From positions 1-14,154 of the forward strand of contig CBDDTI010000096.1 of assembly GCA_965233585.1 (NCBI GenBank): 14,154 nucleotides of DNA, written 5' to 3'. The translations under genes and the position numbers were made by a program. Shown in pieces: positions 7,201-14,154 of this stretch. The notes below the pieces were generated by a model. It was not told where the DNA came from and did not search any database. It was given only the letters and a program-made list of their open reading frames with translations. Each line of letters begins with the position of its first letter. Position 1 is the stretch's first letter. This DNA is from a bacterium. Lineage in GTDB: Bacteria; SAR324; NAC60-12.

Positions 7201-10200
7201 ATGGATTTTATAGAAATTCCACGTGATTTAAAGAGATCTAATTGCTTGGAATGGAAAACTCGTTACGATAAATTCAATTTTCTTTATCTGTACATTAGAC
7301 ATCTTTTTCCTGAGGAAACGGTTTCCGTTGTTGATTTTCGTCAAATGCCGATAAAGTATCTTAAAAAGTTTAATATAAGAGGTTTCAAATTCCCTCTTCA
7401 ATTTTGTAATTTAAAAAAATTCTTAAATAGAAACTCCCATTTACCAATTTCAATTTCAGTTTTTTATGAGAGTGAAGGTCAAGTTTCAAAGTTAGGTTTT
7501 TTTACTAACAAAAACAACAACAGAAACAAAAACATTTTAAATTTGTTAATGATAAAATATGATCCTGAAATCTCTCTTGAAAATGAATCTCCATTTTCTC
7601 GCCTTGCAAAACCAATTCAACGCAAGAAAAAATCTTCTTGTAAAAAGATTGTCAATTGTAGTTCTAATGTCAAATTGGGTTTTTCTTCCAAGTTTAAAAA
7701 GATCAAGGATTTAAATCAACAGCACCATTTCTTTAAAATTACCAAAATCCAAGGTTTTTTGAATAATCGGGCCGGACTGTTGTCGGGTAAAAAAGCAGCT
7801 CAACAGAAGCACATCTATTGTGAAAAATGTCTGCTTCATTTTCGATCCAAATCTAAAAAAGAAAAACACGAAAACACTTGCTGTGATAAACAACGTGCTA
7901 TCTACCCAAGTAAAAATTCCTCCATAAGTTTTACCAATCATAAACATAAATTTCATGCTCCTGTTGTTGGATTTTGTGATTTTGAATGTGTACTTCAAAG
8001 AAACAAAGAACGATCTAAATGTCAACTCTGTTTAAAAACTGAGTGTTTGTGTGCTTTTCCCACCAGTGACGATATAAACGTGCATAGACCAGTGGGGTAT
8101 AGCTTGCTTTTTGTGGATTCGAATGATGAGGTATTTTTTCAAGAAGAATATGTAGGAGAGGATGCAGCCAAACATTTTTTGGATCGAATGCATTTCTATG
8201 AAAAAGTTGTTGACGAAAGAAAACAAAAATTCAGACATATTGTTAAAAATCAATCTAGTCCGCAAGAATGGCAAATGTATCAAAAAGCAAAAGTTTGTCA
8301 TATTTGTGGTGGTCAATTCAAAAAGTACTCTAGAAATTACAGAAAAGTTCTAGATCATGATCACGTGACAGGGAAAATAATGGGCGCAGCTCATTCACTG
8401 TGTAACTTGACGAGATCCGGCCCCTTTCACACACCAATTTTTTTCCACAACGCTCAAGGGTAAGAAGTCTTAATTGGGTTTATTTATTAAACTAACACAA
8501 ATTATGTACGCGTTTCAGATACGATTTGCATTTAATCGTGGAAGAGTTAAATGTTTCCAAATTTAAGCAAAATGTAAAAGTCTTAGCAAAAAACAGTGAA
8601 AAGTTTCGCACTCTTACATTGGGCAAATTTAAAATTCAAGATTCGTTAGAGCACATTTCTGGCAGTCTAGATGCACTTGTTCAAGATTTGAATCAGACCT
8701 CAAATTTTACCTTTCCCATTTTACAACAAATGGAAAGATATAAAAAAATTCCTGTTCGTCAAAAATCAAAAGCTTTAAAACTTTTAAAAAGAAAAGGCGT
8801 TTTTTGTTACGAACATTTCCAATCTTTAGAAGAGATGAAGAAAAGTCGAAACCTTCCGTCCAAAGACTCTTTTTATTCTGAATTAAACGAAGAACACATT
8901 ACGGAAGCGGATTATTCCCATGCTCAAGAAGTCTTTAAATTGTTCAAATGCAAGAATGTGGTGGATTACATGATGCTCTATTGTTCTTTAGACGTTGTTT
9001 TGCTGTGTGAAGCATTTCTTCAGTACAGGAAAATGGTTATGGAACATTTTCAATTGGATCCTGTTTATTATCTAGGTAAACTTTAATCTTTACTGTTGGA
9101 TGTATCGTAATACTAAATTTGTTCTACCTAAATTAGGAATTCCTGGCTTGAGTTTTGATGTCATGCTTATGTTCTTTCAAAATTCAGAACAAGCTAAATC
9201 AGATAATAAGCTCACATCCGAATCTGAAACCTCCAAACCCCTCGGATCATTAGATGTCTATTCCGATCCTGAAATGGAGCGTTTTTTTACAAAGGGTATC
9301 AGAGGTGGGCAAAGTTTTATCGCTCAGCGTTATGCCAAAGGGAATAGCAATCCTAGAAAAAGCGGCGATCACTTGTTATACATTGATGGTAATTTTATAC
9401 TGTATTATCTGATGAAATCATTTTTGTTATGATCCATACAATTTTTCAGCCAACAACTTATACGGGAGTATGGAAACTTTAAAATTACCAGTTTCTGATT
9501 TCCAATGGGTTTCAAAAACAGAATTTAAAAATTGGACTGCCGAAGATATTATCAACATTCCTTCGCAAGACGATACTGGATATGCGTTCGAAGTTGATTT
9601 GCATTATCCTTCTCATCTTCACCAGGTAAATCCGATCTTTGTTGTGATACGTTATTTATTGTTTTGACAAGTTACATGATATCATTTTCAGGCACACGAT
9701 CAATTTCCGCTGGCTCCGTATACAGACACGGTTTCTTTTAAACATCTATCTCCTTACAATCGCCGTTTACTGAAACATCACTGTCCTCGAGATTATAGGA
9801 ACAAAAGATACCGGAGCAAGAAATTGTTGAGCACTTTTTATGACCGAAAAAAGTACGTGGTGCATCTGGAAAACCTGCAGTACTACTTGAAAAAGGGCAT
9901 GAAGTTGCTGAAGATAAGAAGAGTCATGAAGTTTCGACAAAAAGCTTTTTTGAAGGAGTTCATCGAAAAGGTCACAAAGCTGCGATCAAATGCTCGCAAT
10001 GACTTTGAACTCCGGCTTTTTAAACTTTTTGCCAACTCTACTTTTGGAAAATTTATTGGTAAGTTTTGAGATAAGATAATTTAATGATGTTGAGATTGTA
10101 AAAGACGCAAAAGCGTAATTTGACGCAGTCCATTTTTCTGTAAAAAATGAATTTGTTAAATACTCAAACGAATTTGGGGTCATTTTTTGTATTTTTTCTT

Positions 10201-13109
10201 TAATTTTGAGGCACAAGTGCGTGGTGGTACCGGCGACAGTTGCGGCAGTACGTCCTGCCGGCACCAACCACACACTTAGCCTCATCAAAATCGTCATCTT
10301 CAGAAACATCGGCTTCGTTGGAGGGGCTGACGTCTGCGGGGATGACGTCAGCGGGGCTGACGTCGGTGGGGATGACGTTGGCGGGGATGACGTCGGTGGG
10401 GATGACGTCCGGACGACCGGCGACAAAGTCGGCGACGGAGGCGGCGGCCGTCCTGATCATCATGATCAAGCCTCTGGCAAGCCGTCTAAGACGGCCACCG
10501 CCCCACATCAGTGGTGGACGCGGCGGTGTCTCGCTCAATGGCGGGTCCGGCAGCAGCTTGAACTTCTCCTCCTCCTCCTCTTCCGTCCATTTCGCCCTCA
10601 ACACCTCGTATTTCCCCCTCCTCATCCTTCCTAACTTTACCTTGTCCATTTTCCTTTTCCTTCTCCTTCTCCTCTTCCTTCTCTAAATTTGTTTTGAATT
10701 TTCCCGCATGGTTTTGTCAATTTTAGAAAATGAATCTCCAAACCTTCACATATTAATTAGCAAATTATCTCATAAATATTCATAATATTAAATCAATATT
10801 AAATTAAAAATTCGCAAAATGAATTAATCAAGTACGCAAACTTTTGAAAAATCAATTTTTATAAAATGATGTGTTTATTTTGTAATCAAAAAGAAAAAGA
10901 AAAATGATCAAATTTAAATTTTAATTTTTTTTTGTAACTTTTCGAGCTGTAGACGGAGACCACACTGATGGAAATGCCGTTACTTGACGCACTTCTGGTG
11001 TTGGTGAAGGTTCCACGTGAGTATAGGGTTGTGGTTTAGATTTTTGTGTTGATTGTGAAGACAAATCAAATGACACGCGATGAGAGGTCTGCTTTCGTGA
11101 CTCTGACTCCGGCCTTTGTGGGACGGATTTGTACGGGGTTCGTGATGGCCAAGCAGGTGCTACGGGTCGCTCGGAAGATGCCCATGATTCTCCACCCAAA
11201 GCCGCAGAAGATGACCATGCTCCTCCAGTTTTAGTAGATGACCATGCCCCCTCAGTTTTAGCTGATGACCATGCTCCTCCGCCCACAGCCCCAGAAGATG
11301 TCCATGCTCCTCCGGTTTTAGTGGATGACCATGCTCCCCCGCCCCCAGCCCCGGTAGTAGATGCACTCTTCCACGACTCCGACCCTGATTTTTGTGGGAC
11401 GGATTTGTACGGGGTCCGTGATGGCCAAGCAGGTGCCACGGGACGTTCGGAAGATGCCCATGATCCCCCACCCAAGGCCGCAGAAGATGACCATGCTCCC
11501 GCAGTTTTAGTGGATGACCATGCCCCCTCATTTTTAGCAGATGACCATGCTCCTCCGCCCACAGCCCCAGAAGATGACCATGCTCCTCTGGTTTTAGTGG
11601 ATGACCATGCTCCCCCACTCCCGGCTCCGACAGTAGATGCACTCTTCCACGACTCCCGCTCTGATTTTTGTGGGACGGACTTGTACGGGGTCCGTGATGG
11701 CCAAGCAGGTGCCACGGGACGTTCGGAAGATGACCATGATTCCCCACCCAAGGCCGCAGAAGATGACCATGCTCCTCCGGTTTTAGTGGATGACCATGCT
11801 CCTCCGCCCCCGACCCCGGCAGTAGATGCGCTCTTCCACGACTCCGACCCTGATTTTTGTGGGACGGACTTGTATGGAGTCCGTGATGGCCAAGCAGGTG
11901 CCACGGGACGCTCGGAAGATGCCCATGATCCTCCACCCGCAGCCCCAGAAGATGACCATGCTCCCTCAGTTTTTGTAGATGACCATGCTCCCCCAGCCGC
12001 AGCCCCGGTAGAGCTACTGCCAGAAGTCGGACTTGAAGTTGCCTCCTCCTGGGCTAATTCTATTACTTTTAACCAAAAAGCTTTGCTCTTTTCCTGATCT
12101 TTTTTATCCATTTTGACTTAGTGTTTATTTTGTTGGAATTTTTGATGTCCGTTTATGTCGGGCTTTAAAAAAGGAATGATTTCAAATTGAAGTAAATTAT
12201 AGTACATTGCTAATTACAGAGGAAAATGAAATGTGATATGGGACGGCTAGTTAGCTGAGGTGATTGCGCACATAATCAATTTTCTTTATTAAATAAATCT
12301 TATTTTGCATTTCAGAAAATGTTCGAAATTACTCTGAAGTGGTCCTTTGTGGTGATGAACAGAGCTTAAGGAAAGCCAGTCTTGGTCAACACATCAACAG
12401 TTTTCAAATCATCAATGAAAACTTGGTGGCTGTCAACAAGAAGCCGGCAATAATAGAGCTCAGGAAGCCTTTAGCTGTTGGATTTTCTATTTTGGAATTG
12501 TCCTAGTTGTTTATGTACAGATCGTATTATGACACGATTCAACAACATTTTGGCGAAAAAAATGTGTCTTTATGTTTCTCAGACACGGATTCTTTTCTTT
12601 TAAAAGTAAGATGCAACAACTTGGAAAGGGAAATGAAAAAATTGGAGCACATATTTGATTTTTCAAAGTACCCCAAACAACATCCTCTTTTCGATGACAG
12701 TAGAGCCAATCAGCTTTTTTATTTCAAAGACGAACTAAAAGGCAGAGCTGCTATTACTCACTTTATAGGCTTACATCCAAAATGTTATTCTATGAAAATT
12801 ACTGATTTTTCAGACAAAAACAAAACAGAAGAAAAGAAAATTTGCAAAGGTTTAAAAAAATCTAGCATAAAAAAGCAATTAACCTATAACGATTACAAAA
12901 AATGTCTAAAACGTGCTGTTCTAATTTACAAATCTTTCAAAAACTTAAGATCAAAGAATCATAAAATTCGGACATGTTTTCAAAGAAAGATTGCGTTATC
13001 AGCAATGGATTCCAAAAGACACATTTTGAATTGCGGATATCACACTTTATCACTAGGAAATTGTCTTATTGTCAACAACAAATCATCTAAATGCCCTATT
13101 TGTAAATGA
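7201..13109 (+). CDS. polB: Protein-primed family B DNA polymerase, 1134 codons, six exons, one in-frame TAG (12504-12506) in this copy; join(7201..8459,8519..9075,9137..9388,9450..9625,9692..10058,12316..13109)
   Basis: Splicing restores split motifs exactly: ExoII FHNAQG|YDLH, LDPVYYL|GIPGLSFD, motif A YID|ANNLYG, LHQ|AHDQFPLAP and motif B KLFANSTFGKFI|ENVRNY. Also present are ExoI CDFEC, ExoIII YCSLDV, GIRGG, motif C SDTDS and an endonuclease VII/HNH-like insert CHIC...DHDHVTG...AHSLCN. Introns are 59, 61, 61, 66 and 2257 bp, all GT-AG. Total 3405 nt. Confidence 0.93.
10200..10649 (-). CDS. Nested antisense hypothetical protein, 149 aa (possibly longer at the N-terminus), with DV(I/S)P(T/A) repeats and a C-terminal CxxC..HH motif
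   Basis: AAA-ATG-G start at 10649 within a GC-rich island whose limits match the ORF. Contains six 5-aa repeats and CRNCRRYHH; the stop overlaps ATTAAA. Other frames are also open over this GC-rich stretch, so the frame choice is inferred. Confidence 0.6.
   Translation of the reverse strand: MDKVKLGRMRRGKYEVLRAKWTEEEEEEKFKLLPDPPLSETPPRPPLMWGGGRLRRLARGLIMMIRTAAASVADFVAGRPDVIPTDVIPANVIPTDVSPADVIPADVSPSNEADVSEDDDFDEAKCVVGAGRTYCRNCRRYHHALVPQN
10323..10410. repeat. 15-bp tandem repeat, six copies, each with GGGG and TGACGT
   Basis: GGGG(A/C)TGACGT starts at 10323, 10338, 10353, 10368, 10383 and 10398. Confidence 0.93.
10921..12111 (-). CDS. Nested antisense Ser/Gly/Trp-rich repeat protein, 396 aa
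   Basis: CAAA-ATG-G start, unique N- and C-termini around the repeats, TAA stop, and AATAAA on the minus strand at 10874-10879. Repeat periods are all multiples of 3. Confidence 0.75.
   Translation of the reverse strand: MDKKDQEKSKAFWLKVIELAQEEATSSPTSGSSSTGAAAGGAWSSTKTEGAWSSSGAAGGGSWASSERPVAPAWPSRTPYKSVPQKSGSESWKSASTAGVGGGGAWSSTKTGGAWSSSAALGGESWSSSERPVAPAWPSRTPYKSVPQKSERESWKSASTVGAGSGGAWSSTKTRGAWSSSGAVGGGAWSSAKNEGAWSSTKTAGAWSSSAALGGGSWASSERPVAPAWPSRTPYKSVPQKSGSESWKSASTTGAGGGGAWSSTKTGGAWTSSGAVGGGAWSSAKTEGAWSSTKTGGAWSSSAALGGESWASSERPVAPAWPSRTPYKSVPQRPESESRKQTSHRVSFDLSSQSTQKSKPQPYTHVEPSPTPEVRQVTAFPSVWSPSTARKVTKKN
11105..11993 (-). repeat. Hierarchical coding repeat: four large units (spacing 276, 276, 189 bp) containing 27-33 bp GAWSS subunits
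   Basis: GTGATGGCCAAGCAGGTGC starts at 11142, 11418, 11694 and 11883. ERPVAPAWPSRTPYKSVPQ occurs 4 times and GAW(S/T)S 14 times. Confidence 0.93.
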
Positions 13110-13172
13110 ATAAAACATATTGTTACTTTTATTTAAGAAAAAATTTTTAAATATTTTTCAAAAACTAACAAA

Positions 13173-13868
13173 ATGGATGGTTTTGATTTAAGGTTCAGTA
13201 TTCCTTCCAACATGTTAATTGTTGGCCCAACATCGAGTGGAAAAACAACGTGGCTTAAACATTTAGTGGTTGGTAGGCATGAATATTTTGCAACTCCGCC
13301 AGAAACAATGTTGTTGTTCTACAAAGAACCACAAAAAGCTTATGAATACATGGAAGATAATATGAATCGAGACAAACGTTCAAACTCTCGTTTTCCAACA
13401 TTTCGTAAATTTAAAAGTATTCCAAATTCGATTGAAGAACTAAAAGATATTTTGGAATCATATCCAAGAAAAATGCCCAAATTAGTTGTTTTTGATGATT
13501 ATATAGACGATGTTGGACAAATATTAAAACATTTTTTTACGGTTTTGACTCATCACTACAATTGTTTCACCGTTTTTCTGTGTCAAAATTTATTTGATAA
13601 AAAAGGTGATTTGCGGACATTAAGCATAAACACTAAATATATGGTTCTTTTTAACAATCCTCGGGACAGAAGTGCGGTTGCGCATTTGGCTAAACAAATT
13701 TTCCCCGGACGAGTCGGAATTTTAAATAAAGCATACAGGGAAGCTGTTAACGGTCGAAGTCACGGATATCTCCTTCTAGATTTCCATCAACAACAAGACG
13801 ATAAAGTCAGAATTCGAAGCAACATTTTTCCGTACGAGGGACTGATGAAAGCTTACGTTACCGTTTAA
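13173..13868 (+). CDS. Genome-packaging ATPase (A32/FtsK-HerA superfamily, Polinton type), 231 aa
   Basis: Walker A GPTSSGKT and Walker B LVVFDD, then THHYN...CQNLF, RTLSINTKYMVLFNNPRD, LAKQIFP, GYLLLD and RIRSNIFP, as in Polinton ATPases. Intact and intronless. Confidence 0.93.
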   Translation: MDGFDLRFSIPSNMLIVGPTSSGKTTWLKHLVVGRHEYFATPPETMLLFYKEPQKAYEYMEDNMNRDKRSNSRFPTFRKFKSIPNSIEELKDILESYPRKMPKLVVFDDYIDDVGQILKHFFTVLTHHYNCFTVFLCQNLFDKKGDLRTLSINTKYMVLFNNPRDRSAVAHLAKQIFPGRVGILNKAYREAVNGRSHGYLLLDFHQQQDDKVRIRSNIFPYEGLMKAYVTV

Positions 13869-13916
13869 AGGATTTTCATATCTATTTAAGAAAAATAAAA
13901 AATTGTAACTGTCAAA

Positions 13917-14154
13917 ATGTCTAAAACATTAGGAAAAGCTAGTTCACTTTTTTATGTAATAAAAAAATTAAAACATCAGGATTGTGCCAATTTTTTAAGT
14001 CATTTGGACGATCGCAGAGTTGAATTGCTTTGTCGTATATTACATTACGTGTTGAACGGTGACTTGCCCATACATGGCAAAGTACGAACACGTCTTCAAA
14101 AAAGATAAGAGCTCATTTGTCAGAATTTAGACGTCTTGCTGCACCGCTGCGTCG
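13917..14154 (+). pseudogene. Small basic Polinton-type protein downstream of the ATPase, apparently frameshifted; runs off the window
   Basis: LLCRILHYVLNGDLPI resembles the 'ICE..LN.L.GNIP' block of small basic proteins next to Polinton ATPases. Adding one A to the A6 run at 14098-14103 removes the TAA and gives QKKIRAHLSEFRRLAAPLR, open to the window end. Confidence 0.6.

Larger units (their letters stand above)
10059..12315 (+). other. 2257-bp spliceosomal intron of polB containing two antisense genes
   Basis: Donor G|GTAAGT at 10059 and acceptor TTTTGCATTTCAG| at 12315. The phase-1 join recreates GKFIENVR. Confidence 0.88.
510..14154. mobile_element. Polinton/Maverick (adintovirus-like) virus-like element, partial; left boundary uncertain, continues past right edge
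   Basis: Protein-primed PolB, a Polinton-type packaging ATPase and a downstream small basic ORF lie in a compact, gene-dense array. Including 510-6400 is an inference from shared gene density, intron size and promoter motifs. No TIR, integrase or capsid is seen. Confidence 0.8.

Noticed and set aside
7141..7213. GC-AG intron fusing the TP-like ORF to polB
   Set aside because: It is in phase, but the donor A|GCATTT is far from the strong consensus GC donors need, it exceeds the 54-66 bp size class, and it would delete residues that align with the usual linker. Disfavoured but not excluded.
7711..8353. ORFs 7711-8025, 8032-8316 and 8162-8353
   Set aside because: Antisense or off-frame shadows inside polB exon 1.
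9986..10686. Alternative ORFs 9986-10426, 10206-10634 and 10240-10686
   Set aside because: They start at non-ATG codons and are open because of GC-rich 15-bp repeats; the 10649 frame has the better start and stop signals.
11129..12097. Plus-strand DDHAPP-repeat ORF and minus-strand HGH-repeat ORF (11160-11936)
   Set aside because: Neither starts at ATG or has matching poly(A) support. The plus frame shares third codon positions with the 396-aa frame, so its synonymous-looking variation is not independent evidence.
10059..12315. Group I/II intron, intein or transposon as the polB interruption
   Set aside because: No maturase, homing endonuclease, intein or transposase motifs; the ends are canonical spliceosomal GTAAGT...TTTCAG.
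10683..12506. TAG stop-codon reassignment (two in-frame TAGs, while no predicted gene ends in TAG)
   Set aside because: Only two cases among thousands of codons. One is a single change from a conserved Lys codon and the other may be a splice acceptor. TAG is commonly the rarest stop in AT-rich DNA.

Overview
Eukaryotic, AT-rich DNA; short GT-AG introns and TCAGT/TCATT initiators suggest an invertebrate host. Bases 1-~503 are a decayed non-LTR retrotransposon RT fragment (minus strand). The rest looks like one Polinton/Maverick (adintovirus-like) virus-like element that runs off the right edge. Its core is a zinc-finger/terminal-protein-like ORF (6429-7148), a protein-primed family B DNA polymerase split over 6 exons (7201-13109, one nonsense codon), an A32/FtsK-type packaging ATPase (13173-13868) and a frameshifted small basic ORF. 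Four features are unusual. (i) Eleven spliceosomal introns can be reconstructed by hand in three genes. (ii) The terminal-protein-like region is a separate ORF, and the adjacent vOTU-like domain of the polymerase lacks its catalytic Cys, an adenovirus-like arrangement. (iii) A 2257-bp intron next to polymerase motif B carries two antisense repeat-rich genes. (iv) Accessory genes include a spliced type I membrane mucin, a possible tandem PC4-like DNA-binding protein and an RGG/leucine-zipper protein, alongside a palindromic 32-bp array and a 107-bp repeat in a divergent promoter region. No integrase, capsid, protease or clear terminal inverted repeat is visible. All family calls come from motif recognition by eye, not database searches.
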